DNA from: Octopus sinensis
Lineage: Eukaryota
Length of the DNA: 64,000 bases
Direction: 5' to 3'
Assembly (NCBI RefSeq): GCF_006345805.1
Contig: NC_043009.1
Location: forward strand, 37,882,001 to 37,946,000
The position numbers and the translations under genes are program-made. The notes below the pieces were generated by a model that was not told where the DNA came from, did no database searches, and worked only from the letters and a program-made list of their open reading frames with translations. How positions within the stretch are numbered: the stretch's first letter is position 1; the number at the start of each line of letters is the position of its first letter. Positions 1 to 11,455 of the stretch are shown here, piece after piece.

Positions 1-361
1 TGGCGAGCTCAATTTTCTCTTTGCAAATCTAGGCCAAGTCAATGCATTCCTACTGCAAGACAGTTGTGTATTACGATTCAATGGAATTCAGTTGCTATTT
101 CTAGCAGATCAAGTGACCACATAGAAGCTCCCATCATTGACTTGATTCATATTTAAGTACGTGTAATATGTAATTATAGCAATTAGTAAATTTCGGACTT
201 GCTGAAGCAGACATTACTTGCGGCTACCAAAATAGTTATTATGGTCAATAAGTATTCCTTAACAAGATGTGGACAGGAAGTCAGTAAATTATAAGTGTTG
301 TTACTGAAATATGCGAGCCAACTCAGTTTGATTTAGCATGCAGAGGAGGCTGCTTCCTCTT

Positions 362-755
362 CTTCATCATCATCATCATCATCCTCATCATCACTTAATG
401 TTCGTTTTCCATGCTGGCTTGGGCTGAACGTATGACAAGAGCTGACAATTGAGAGGACAGCGCCAAGCTCCAATATTTGCCTCGGCAAGACTTTCACAGC
501 TGGGCGGCGATGACGACGACGACGACCACCACCACCATCATCATCATCTAGCGTGTGTCTTCCATGCTGGCATGGGTTACATGGTTTGACTGGAACTGGT
601 AAGCCAGAGAGCTGCCCTTCTTAACACCAACCAATCCGCGGAGTGTAATGGGTACATTTTAAGTGTCAGAGGCACAGGTGCCTTTTATGTGCAACCTTCC
701 TGAAACCAAGTGCTTCACGGAGAGTACCAAGTACTTCTTACGTGGCACTGGCACC
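362..755 (-). mobile_element. Two adjacent degenerate RTE-LINE 3' UTR fragments with (GAT)n tails
   Basis: (CAT)n runs followed by ttccatgctggcatgggtt, the same 3' end that follows RTE ORF2 remnants at 10372-11455. Confidence 0.6.
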
Positions 756-758
756 AGT

Positions 759-838
759 GTGGAGGCACACTGCCTAGTGGTTAGAGCAGCGGACTCGCAG
801 TAGAGGGATCGTGGGTTTAAATCTCAGACCGGGTGATG
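759..838 (+). mobile_element. Family C SINE, tRNA-like head fragment
   Basis: gtggaggcacactgcctagtggttagagc...gggtttaaatc matches the head of the full copy at 17285. Confidence 0.7.
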
Positions 839-1149
839 TGTATAAATGTAAGAAGAGTGGTGTGGATAGGCAGGTAAGCCTGCAAGGAGGGTGAGAGGCG
901 AGTGACAGATGTGATAGTTGGATGATATCTATAATCTGTTAGTTATGCATGGGATGTAACCTACTGGTCTGACAAAAGGTACTGATAGAATAAGTACCTG
1001 GCTTATATATATATATAAAAAAAGACGTACTGGGGTCAATTCATTTGACTAAAATTTTAAGGTGGTCCCCCAGCATGGGCACAACCAAATGAAAGAGAGT
1101 TATAAAAGTCTTGAATGCTAGGATTCATAGGAGTGATTACTTGAGCATT

Positions 1150-1329
1150 CCTCTGGATAGGATGCAAGTCTATATTGCAGGGTTACTCATTTACAGGTGA
1201 GTGAATTGGAGCAATGAGAAATTAAGTGTTTTGCTCAGGAATACGACACATTGCTCGATCCTGGAACTGAAACCATGATCTTGGGATCATGGGCACAACA
1301 CCCTAACCACTAGGACACACGTCTTCCAC
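1150..1329 (-). mobile_element. Family C SINE, degenerate
   Basis: gagtgaattggagcaatg...tgttttgctcag...caccctaaccactagg matches the copy at 25274-25530. Confidence 0.7.
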
Positions 1330-2215
1330 AAATAAAGTGGTGCTCTGCCATTATTGATAATAAAGCATGAAGCAAATTTAATGATCTCAAAGATGATTAA
1401 AAGATTTGGTAGTAACGACAAGAAAAAAACAAAAAAACAAAAAAACAAAAGAAACTGGTGTAGCAATTGAGAAAGGTCGATACTATTTTGGAATTCAGAA
1501 CCCCTCAAGGAAGAAGTGACTGTCAACAGATTCTTTGTGTGTTGAAGGTATTAAACCATTATTTTTGATTCTCAATTCATGATTCTTTTTTTGTTATTGA
1601 AATTGCGAAACAAATATTTAATGTTAACGAAAAGTAAATTAAGGATATTGATGGAAAACTTTGCATATTTAACAAGAAAATTAACCTACAACCAAACAGA
1701 ATCCATGTAACATCATGTAGCAGCCTATTGGTTATGAGTTTATAACGAATGGAAACATTATTTAATTATCTCAACTGAGATGATCTTTCAACAGAATTGA
1801 CGCAATGTTCATTTGTATGGCGAAATATTAATGATTCAATTAAAAATCTTTAATATATCTTATCAGGAAATAACTGCTGTCATCTTGCATTAAACAAAGA
1901 TTCAGTATTTGGCTCTTTTCACGAAATTACATTTTTTCTTGACATTAAGGACTTAAGAAAATGCAATTTGGAATCTGAAGATTGTTAGAGGCAGTTTTAA
2001 AACAAAATGACGTGGCTATTAAAACTATCAAGATTCTAATACAAATAATTATAAAAGTAATTTAAGAAATATATAGAATTTTTCATAGAAACTGGTTGGA
2101 GAGACATTCTAAATGAACCCAATCAGAAACAGGCATACATTCCACAACATCAATGTAGTGTTATTATTGGGTGGCTAAAATTTAGTTTTAAGCAGAAACT
2201 CATATCTCATATTAG

Positions 2216-2614
2216 TACTCTTTTACTTGTTTCAGTCATCTGACTGCGGCCACGCTGGAGCACCGCCTTTAGTCGAGCAAATCGAGCCCAGGACTTATTC
2301 TTTGTAAGCCTAGTACTTACTTATTCTATGGGTTTCTTTTGCTGAACTGCTAAGTTATGGGGACGTAAACACACCAGCATCGGTTGTCAAGCGCAATGTT
2401 GGGGGGACAAACACAGACACACAAACGTCTACACACACAAATACATATGTATATATACATATATACGACGGGCTTCTTTCAGTTTCCGTCTACCAAATCC
2501 ACTCACAAGGCTTTGGTTGGCCTGAGGCTATAGTAGAAGACACTTGCCCAAGGTGCCACGCAGTGGGACTGAACCCAGAACCATGTGGTTGGTAAGCAAG
2601 CTACTTACCATACA
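2216..2614 (-). mobile_element. Family A composite tRNA-derived SINE
   Basis: Near-identical to more than 15 copies in the window; A/B-box head, internal (TA/CA)n, (AAGAGT)n tail. Confidence 0.9.
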
Positions 2615-2879
2615 ACCAGGTTCACTTTGTTTTGTTGAAGACATAGCACCTTCTCTCAGGTAGGTGCCACAAAAAGGATGTACCCAACACGCTCTCTAAG
2701 GTGGTGAGTAAAAAAAGCAGAGAAAGTATAAAGTAAAGAGACTCTTTGATATTATTTTACTGGTACCATAATAAACTGTACCAAGTACACTCTGTAGAGT
2801 GATTGATGACAAAAAGGGAATCCAGCCATAGCAAACAGACTGAAAATGAAAGGAACAAATAATACTTGGTTCTCTTTAA

Positions 2880-3090
2880 CCCTTTCGTTACTGAATTTAT
2901 TTTGAGATGCTCAGTGTTTCTTCCAATTATTTTAAATATAACAAAGAATTAAGTAAAATAACATCGTTATCATTAAGCTAGAGTTAGGGACGTAAATTAT
3001 GACTCAGGTTTGGTGGAAGATTTTAATTCAGAACTTTTGAAAACCAGACATTTGTACTAAAGAGCCAGAGCCGGGTTGGTAACGAAAGGG
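2880..3090. mobile_element. piggyBac-type MITE, family 1
   Basis: TTAA-CCCTTTCGTTAC ... GTAACGAAAGGG-TTAA; TIRs plus TTAA TSD. Confidence 0.85.
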
Positions 3091-3546
3091 TTAATGGTTC
3101 TATGAGGGTAGTAGATGTGAGTAATAACTGACTTGGGCTGTGATGAACCATCTGGTTCAAACCAGCATTGAAAGCCGACCTAAAATTGATGACGGTTATA
3201 TTTCTTTGATTAGACTTTTGTTACTAATAGATTTATAAAAAAAAAGTTAAGACAATGTAAAGCAGAACAAGTAAATTGCCATTTATTCTTTAAAAAAAAA
3301 AAAAAAAAAAAAAGTTATCAGCTTAGCAAGTATTTCTCTGACTCTTACCATAATTTGATAATCATATTAGTCCAGGACTTTGATATTCCTATTTATTTAC
3401 ATCTTAAACTAGCTTATATTTTATATACATCGACAGATTTTCTTTTCTTCCACTACAGTAATATCATTTGTTGCTAAGACTTACTAATACCTACTTCAGA
3501 TTAGTGACAATATACACATATTTATTCACATAAATATACTGCAGCA

Positions 3547-3720
3547 GTGAGGTGTGCGGTCAAGTGGTTAGAGGTATTTGGCTTATGACCACAAGCTTGT
3601 GGGTTCAATTCCCTGCATAGGTCTGGTGAACTGTGTCCTTGAGCAAGGCACTTCATTTCCATTGCTCTAGTCTTCTCAACATATTGAGTACCAACTAGGT
3701 GCTGGTGCAACCCCCACTTC
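3547..3720 (+). mobile_element. Family C SINE, degenerate
   Basis: tRNA-like head (caagtggttagag, gggttcaattccc) followed by ccttgagcaaggcacttcatttc. Confidence 0.65.
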
Positions 3721-3794
3721 TCTCTCTCATCACCTGTCACTTCCTGTATGTTCTAGATGAAGGTTGAAGGACCTTGAAACTAGATAGGTACCTA

Positions 3795-4138
3795 CAGCCA
3801 TGCTGGAGCACCGCCTTTAGTCGAGCAAATTGACCCCAAGACTTATTCTTTGTAAGCCTAGTACTTATTCTATCGGTCACTTTTTGCCGAACCGCTAAGT
3901 TATAGAGACGTAAACACACCAGCATCGGTTGTGAAGCGATGTTGGGGGGACAAACACAGACACACAAACACACATATATACGATGGGCTTCTTTCAGTTT
4001 CCGTCTACCAAATCCACTCACAAGGCTTTGGTTGGCCCGAGGCTATAGTAGAAGACACTTGCCCAAGGTGCCATGCAGTGGGACTGAACCCGGAACCATG
4101 TGGTTGGTAAGCAAGCTATTTACCACACAGCCACTCCT
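3795..4138 (-). mobile_element. Family A SINE, tail truncated
   Basis: Matches the family A consensus. Confidence 0.9.
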
Positions 4139-5164
4139 GGAATGTGAAGAACCACAAGAAATACCACTAAGCATTTTGTCTGATGTGCTTAATGATTCTG
4201 CCAGCTTCTCACCATAGTCGAAGGAGGTGAGCCATATCTGCAGCACATGAGTGACGGCTACATACATAGCTTACAATATTATCTACAATAGATATGTTAT
4301 TCCACAGATTAATAGCATTGCTCACCTTATTACCAATACAAAAATATAGAGATATACAACAACATGCAGTAGTTATCTGTGTCTCTCTTTTAATTTATTT
4401 TTTTTAAACTTTGATTGTATTTGTAATTGAAAATGTTAAAGGTCTCTGAAATATACTATTAAAAAGTAACAATAACAACTACAACAAGAACAACAATAAA
4501 TTCTCGGTAATTTTTTTTTTTTTTTTTCCCCCCCAAATATTCCAAGTTTGATATCAATGAATGAGGAATTATTACAAAGCTAGTTTAAAAATCTTCTACT
4601 TCATAACACCGAAGAATCAATAAATTACTGGAGTGTGTGATGAAGCTGCAAGTAGTAGATAATAATATTCTAAGAGAAGAACACAAGAACAGACCAAAAA
4701 CAAAAAAAAACAAAGCAAAACAAAACAATCTGTAACTATATTAGGAATACCAGAAGAAGTCTATACCAAAAATACAAAAGAACAAAAATAAAAGAAATAT
4801 AAATGGCAAATAATAAATCCAAAAATACTGAACTATATAAGCTAATCTGTGAATGAGGAACTTTCTCTCTCTCTCTCTGTATGTAAGTAGTTCACACAAG
4901 AAAATTACTAGAAATATTCCTGGCTATCAATTTTCATTCATGCCACTGATTACAACATATAAAAATGGAAACTATATGTATGTGTGTGTGTGCGACAACA
5001 AATAAATAAAATAAAAATAAATTTTTAAATTTAAGAAAAAGTTTTCTAATTTAGACAATGGTATATTTATTTTACATTAGATATTCTAAGCCAGCTATAG
5101 AATGATGTAAATAATAATAATAATAACAATAATAATAGTTGTTGTTGTAGTAGCTGCAGTAGTG

Positions 5165-5226
<62 letters not shown>
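5165..5226. repeat. (AAT)n microsatellite
   Basis: About 20 perfect AAT units. Confidence 0.95.
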
Positions 5227-5227
<1 letters not shown>

Positions 5228-5622
5228 CATTCTAATATAGGCACAAGGCCTGAAAATTAGGGGAGGGAAATAGTCAATTACATCGACCCCAGTGTGTAAC
5301 TGGTACTTATTTAATTGACCCCGAAAGGATGAAAGGCAAAATCAAACTCGTCGGAATTTGAACTCAGAACATAGCGACAGATGAAATACCTATTTCTTTA
5401 TTACCCACAAGGGGCTAAACATAGAGGGGAGAAACAAGGACAGACAAAGGTATTAAGTTGATTACATCGACCCCAGTGTGTAACTGGTACTTAATTTATC
5501 AACCCTGAAAGGATGAAAGGCTAAGTCGACCTTGGCGGAATTTGAACTCAGAATGTAACGGCAGACGAAATACCGCTAAGCATTTCGCCTGGCGTGCTAA
5601 TGATTCTGCCAGGTAGCCGCCT
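5226..5622 (-). mobile_element. Two fused family M SINEs (Meta-like central domain) with different tails
   Basis: Two copies of gaccccgaaaggatgaaaggc...gaatttgaactcagaa; reverse of gcctttcatcctttcggggtcgat; the MetaSINE resemblance is from recall. Confidence 0.8.
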
Positions 5623-5637
5623 CAGTAATAATGCCCA

Positions 5638-5988
5638 ATAATCGATGTAGCAGTGCCAGGAGTTCAACATATCATGAAATAAAGAGAAAAAGTTGATAAT
5701 ATGGAGACCTGAGAATTGAGATCACTAACATGTGGCAGCTACATGGCTATCCCTATTGTCATTGGAGCATTGGGTTTAATACCACCCAATCCAAAAAAAC
5801 ATCTGAAACCCTACAATCTAGAATGTATTGCTAAAGTTGGCATTACTTGGAACTGCATGCATATTGCATAAAGCATTCTGTCTGAGGTCCTTGTGACTTG
5901 ACAAACAGTGCAAACCCCCAGTAGATACAATATCTTCAATCAACAACCTCACAATATTGTATACTGTGTGACATCTATAATAATAATG
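5638..5988 (+). mobile_element. 5'-truncated R4/Dong-like non-LTR retrotransposon relic (restriction-like endonuclease C-terminus)
   Basis: Frameshifted translation IIDVAVPG...YGDLRIEITNMWQL...IPIVIGALGLIP...KLALLGTACILHKA, then a 3' UTR and (TAA)n tail. Confidence 0.75.
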
Positions 5989-6342
5989 CACTGCTTCTGT
6001 TACAAACATTTTCTGCAGAACAAGTATAAAGATCCATCTTGAAGAAAAAGAATTGTAAAATTGACCAAATGTTTCTCTTCTAATGGAAAATTGAAGTAGA
6101 AGAAAAAAAAAAAAAGACAAGAGTGTTTTTGGTTTCAATAATAAATTAAGATTAAGAATTTTATAGTAAAGCATAGTAAAGTTTGGAGTGAAGATAATGG
6201 CATGTGTGTGTTTCTTCCATAGATTTTATGTTGTGGTCCATAAACAACCCTACTTTTCTAACAGGTAATAGAGTTTAGCAAGGCCAAGTGTTTGGAGACA
6301 GACAATAATACAATAACCAAATTAAATAACTATTATCTTCTT

Positions 6343-6344
<2 letters not shown>

Positions 6345-6397
<53 letters not shown>

Positions 6398-6610
6398 TGA
6401 TGATGATGATGATGATGATGATATATATATATATATATATATGTGTATGTATATATATATATCTTATATTGTAGTTTGTCTGGAATATGTATATATATAT
6501 ATCTTACATTGTAGTTTGTTTGGCATATACATATATACATCTTACATTGTAGTTTATTTGGCATATATATATACATCTTACATTGTAGTTTGTTTGGCAT
6601 ATATATATAT
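6345..6610. repeat. (TA)n/(GAT)n microsatellites plus four copies of a ~33-40 bp unit atcttacattgtagtttgtttggc
   Basis: Direct repeats visible at 6461-6600. Confidence 0.85.
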
Positions 6611-7339
6611 ATACACACACACAAACACACACGTAAATGTAGAACAGTAGATAATGGAATAAGGTAATCATACACACACAGACATAGACATAAATTGTTA
6701 AGTTGGGAGTTCAATTTCTACCTACAGGGGTGGGTAAAATGCAGTGAATGAGGTTACATACATATCCCACTTCAAGTGTCTGCTTTTAAGTCTCTCCTAT
6801 TAAATCATCACCACTAGTATCAATACCAGCCCCTAAAGAGCTCCTATTTTATGAGCAAGAACAGAAGCTGAACTTAGAATGAGATGGGGAGAGAAGTGAG
6901 AATACAATGGGAGAAACAAAGTTAAGAGTAGAGTACTAGGAGAGAGAGAGAGAGCACTATATTTGAAACTGCTTTTGGCTTATTTATTCTGTTTTCAACA
7001 ATAACTTTATTCAGTTTTACTTTGACTATTCTTTTGTAGAATAGATGCAGGCGTGGCAGTGTTTAAGAATAACTTTTACTTCCTAAGCATGTGCATTCAG
7101 GTTCAGTCTTTGGGTATCTTTTACTTATTCTTGAGCTGACCAATGTCTCGTGAATGGTCTGGTAGATGGAAACTGAAAGATGCTCATCGTTAGATGAGAC
7201 TGCATTATAAGAACATTGCTTCCAAACCATATGGTTTGGGGTTCAGTCCCACTGTGTAGCACCTTGGGCAAGCGTCTTTTACTGCAGCTCTGGGAGTAAA
7301 TTTGGTACCAAAAATTGTCATGGCAACCCCATTGTATGG

Positions 7340-7465
7340 TGTTAGGAAGGGCATCCAGCCATAGAAACTAGGCCAAATCAGACTGGAACATTGTGCAGGC
7401 CTCCTGCTTGCCAGCTCTGACCAGACTGTCCAACCCATGCCAGCATGGGAAATGGACATTAAAGA
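7340..7465 (+). mobile_element. RTE-type 3' UTR fragment
   Basis: ttaggaagggcatccagccatagaaa...caacccatgccagcatggga. Confidence 0.7.
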
Positions 7466-7639
7466 ATAAATTACGATGGTAATGTGTGTGTGTGTGTGTG
7501 CGCATATGCAAGCATGTGTTTATTTACATTTGTGCTTTCTCAAAAGTCAGTGAACCACAAGTGGCGACACTATTGTCCTATATCCTAAAGGTAAAAAAAT
7601 GTTGTCTCCCTGAGTCATGTCCTGGTTTCCATGGCATGT

Positions 7640-7961
7640 AAAATCCCCACCTGGATGGGATGCCGGTCAGTCACAGGACTGCTCATTTTAGCCACTCTGG
7701 GCAAGGTTGTTTATAGAAGACCAGCAGTTGCCCATACATATCAGCCTCCTCTTTCCATGCCACTGATGTTATCCGAGGGAAAGGCAAAGGATGATAGCTT
7801 GGTACCAGTGACATTGCAACCTATATCTACAGATGAGTGAACTGGAGCAACATGGAATAAAGTGTCTTGGTGAAGAACACAACACACAGTCTGCTCCGGG
7901 AATCAAACTCATTACCTCATGAGTGTGAGCCTGACGCTCTAACCACTGAGCCATGTGCCTT
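7640..7961 (-). mobile_element. Family C SINE, long-tail variant
   Basis: Matches copies at 27320, 52700 and 55376. Confidence 0.8.
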
Positions 7962-8879
7962 TATCCTGTCAACAAACCTTTGCATGTTTGGATTAAGAGA
8001 TCCCTTAATTGAAAGAAACGAAAACGAAAGAAGAGAACTTAGCAACATGAAGGGCATCTTGTTGTAAAACCAACGCCACAATGATATATTCATCTAACCC
8101 ATGCTTGCACAGAAAGATGGCTGTAAAACAGATGAACGAATTTTTTAGCAGAAGTAAAATAGATAACTGGCTACAGTAGTGGACTAACAGTAATTAGTTG
8201 AGGAATTAAATCTACAGCAAGTATTTATTCTGTTGTGTCTCTTATTAAGACATGTTATCCCATCTTCCTTCTGTCCTTCCTTCCACAGTTCACCTAAGTT
8301 TGTTAGAGACAGATGCCAGGACTTGTGAGAAAATTACCAACAACAGTCTGGTTTTCTATTCAAGGAGAAATTTCGTCTCTCATTCATTGAAGAGTTACAG
8401 AAAAATACAGAAGAGTTACAGAAAAGGAGGAAGTAACTTTCTCAATGGAACCCGAAGTTCATGAGAGATTTAATTTTTCTATTTTCTTTTAATTCTTATT
8501 CAAAATTAGCAGTCACAAGAAGCTACACAACACTATTTGTCCATTATCATTCACACTCAAGCTATTAAGATGACTCTGAAATGAAATCTAAAGCTTTTAA
8601 TATTCATCAATATTCGGATATTCCTGCACAATGTGATACGGTTGAGGACAAAAGGAAAAAAGTATCAGTAAAATAAAAAAATAAAACAAAGAGAAAGCAT
8701 TAAAAAAGACCAGAGAATTCAATCTATAGTGTCATGGAAGCTATGTTTTGAACACAGCATTTAAATATGAATTTGAGTTAGTGTAGTATTTTGTTTATAT
8801 CTTATTATCACTGGGGTATTTATTTCTTTATGGAGAATGTTTTGTATTGGAGGGGATTAAATAATTGTGGACAGTGGGA

Positions 8880-9280
8880 CATAGGGGACAGAGAAATAGT
8901 TTAGATTGATTATGAGAAAAAGAAAAGGAGGGAGATGGAGAGATAGATAATGGTAGAGGTCAGGTGAGATAGATGAAGAGAGAGAGAGAGAGAGAGAGAG
9001 AGATAAAGAGATAGAGTAGATGGAAAGAGAGAAAGCAATGTTGAAGAGAGGGCAAAAGCAATATGATAAGTTGAGAGAGAAAGGAAGCAAGAGGAGGGGA
9101 GAGAGAAGGGAGAAAGTAGAGGGTGTGAGACAGGTACAGAAGTGAAGGGGAGTGAGAAAGAAGAGGAAGGTGAGCAAGAACAGGGAGAAAAGAATGGGAT
9201 GAAGAGAAAAAGTTAAAGAGAGATGGTGAGAGAGAGGAGATACAGTCACAGAGAGAAGAGAACTGGGAGAAGAGAGAATT
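8880..9280. repeat. AG-rich low-complexity polypurine tract
   Basis: Degenerate (GA)n. Confidence 0.9.
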
Positions 9281-10067
9281 ATTAGTTGCCATGATATTGG
9301 GAACCAGTTAAAAACATCAATATATCAATATCAAATAAAGTTGACAAGCAAGTAACCAGAAGTCTTTGATATAAGAATACATGCCAGCAATTTGAAGTTT
9401 CTTCTTAAACAGGGGGAACAAGTAAAAAAAAAAGTAAAAACAAAAAAAATTAAAATTCAAATCAAATCAAACCAACTTATTTCGATTCTGTAGCAGAAAT
9501 GGAGAAAAAAAATATAAATAAAAAAAAATCTCTAAAAATTGGTTTACATGGAATCGGTGATTAATTTATATTGGTTGAGGGAAAATAATTTTGAGATTTG
9601 TAAAAGAAATGTTAGAAAGCTGGTTGGAGGTTTTCAATACTAATACAGATAAATTTGAGCTACAATAGAAATATTGGGAAAGCAAGAACAGACAGCTAAT
9701 ATTGGTATACACATAGGAATGGTCATACAGTTAATAAGTTCACTTTGGTACTACAGGGCTTAAGTTTCATTTATACTGCATGATACTGTTGTTGGCTGGT
9801 ATCGGTCTAGAATAGTTATAGGTTGACCATTATCTTGCTGCCACAGTGGCACCAGCATCCCATCTGGACATGTTGACTTAAAAATGAAGAAAATAGTTTG
9901 TGTTGCTTTGGTAGCATTAATACCATGTCATCTGGGCTGACTAATAGAGGTCTAAACACTTAGAAGGCATCTTGAATTTGTCACAAACTCTACACTCTGA
10001 TCCTGAACATTTCATGAGACAAACATGTCATTAACTTTTGGAGCTGAGTCAAACTGTTTGTTATTAA

Positions 10068-10288
10068 CCCTTTTGTTACTAACCTGGCTGAAACTGGCTC
10101 TGGTATCTGAGTACAAATGTCTTGTTTACATGAGTTTTGAATTAAAATCTTCCACCAAACCTTAGACACAATTTATGTTCCTAACACTAGCTGAATGATA
10201 ACTAAGTTATTTTACTAAATTCTGTGTTATATTTAAAGTAATTGAAAGAAACACAGGGCATCTCAAAATAAATACAGTAACGAAAGGG
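10068..10288. mobile_element. piggyBac-type MITE, family 1 (opposite orientation to 2880)
   Basis: TTAA-CCCTTTTGTTAC ... GTAACGAAAGGG-TTAA. Confidence 0.85.
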
Positions 10289-10371
10289 TTAAACATATTT
10301 AACACCAACTAAATGAGTTCAGTACTACTTTCTTTCCTTTGTTCACTCGGTTGTGTATGTGTGTGTGTGTA

Positions 10372-10800
10372 TGTCATCATCATCATCATCATTTAGAATC
10401 TGTTTTCCATGCTGGCATGGGTTAGATGGTTTGACTGGAACTGCTAAGCCAGAGAGCTGTATCAGGCTCCAGTCTGATTTGGTTTGGTTTCCATGGTTGG
10501 ATGCCTTTCCTAATGCCAACCACTCCAACAGTGTAGTGGGTGCCTTTTACGTATCACTGGCAAGGCTGCCTTGTATGTGTCACTGGCATTTGTCATGACT
10601 ACAATTTCACTTGGCTTGATGTGTCTTCTCAAGTACAGCAAATCGCCAAAAGACTTGGTCCCTTGTCATCACCTCCATGAAACTCAACATCTGAAAATCA
10701 TGCTTCACCATCTCGTCTTATGTCTTCCTGGATCTACCTCTTCCACAGGTTCCCTCCACAGTTAGAGATCAACACTTTACATAGCTGTCCTTGTCCATAT
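10372..10800 (-). mobile_element. RTE-clade LINE 3' end (ORF2 C-terminus relic, 3' UTR, GAT tail)
   Basis: Minus-strand translation VEGTCGRGRSRKT*DEMVKHDFQMLSFMEVMTRDQVFWRFAVLEKT matches the RTE GRGRPRKTW...DR..WR motif. Confidence 0.8.
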
Positions 10801-10809
10801 GCATCACAT

Positions 10810-11455
10810 GAGTAGACCCCAGGAAGATGTGGAATGAAGTGGTGAGAAAGGATCTTCGGACACTGGGCCTCAATGAGGAAATGACAAAGGACTAGGAAAT
10901 GTGGCAAAGGACTGGGAATTGCTGTACTTAATAAGACACAGCAAGCTGAGTAAAATCACTGTCTGCCACTAATACATGTCTTGACCTTTCAGGTGACAGT
11001 GTCACTTAAAAACCACATGTGCCGGAGCTGCATTAATGCAACCATGCCGATGACATGTAAAACGCACCCAGCATACACTGTTAAGTGGTTGTTGTTATTG
11101 TTGTTTTTGTTAAGCAACAAGTCGGGTAACGGTGATTAGATGATGGTCTAGGGCTTAGGGGCGGGAACCCCAGACCTTGGAAAAAAAAACTCTGGTCATC
11201 TTGTTGTAGTCGAGGGCTCTTCGTTGACGCCCGACACCACTGGGAGGTGGCCCTCGAAGTCGCTGGAAATGGAGATCTCCAGGTCCAAATTCTTGAATGG
11301 CCTGTTAAGTGGTTGGCATTAGGAAGAGCATCCAGCTGTAGAAACCATGCCACAACAGACAGTTGGAGTCTGGACAGCTCCCCTGGTAGCCAGCTCCATA
11401 TCAAACTGTCCAACCCATGCCAGAATGGAAAGCACACATTAAACAATGTTGTGAA
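10810..11455 (+). mobile_element. RTE-clade LINE 3' end, interrupted by an insertion
   Basis: Translation RPRKMWNEVVRKDLRTLGLNEEMTKD, then a 3' UTR ending caacccatgccagaatgga. Confidence 0.8.
11092..11301 (-). mobile_element. 5'-truncated non-LTR retroelement with (AAC)n tail and 14-bp TSD
   Basis: ctgttaagtggttg duplicated at 11078-11091 and 11302-11315; (GTT)n at the left end; GC-rich body. Confidence 0.75.

Noticed and set aside
3737-4267. Recurrent ORFs such as MLGGQTQTH..., MFQSFDCGH... and ...VEDTCPRCHAVGLNPEPCGW
   Set aside because: The same peptides recur at every family A SINE copy; they are non-coding repeat
8252-8464. 70-aa plus-strand ORF with a strong acceptor at 8288
   Set aside because: No recognisable domain, no supported partner exons and a weak donor
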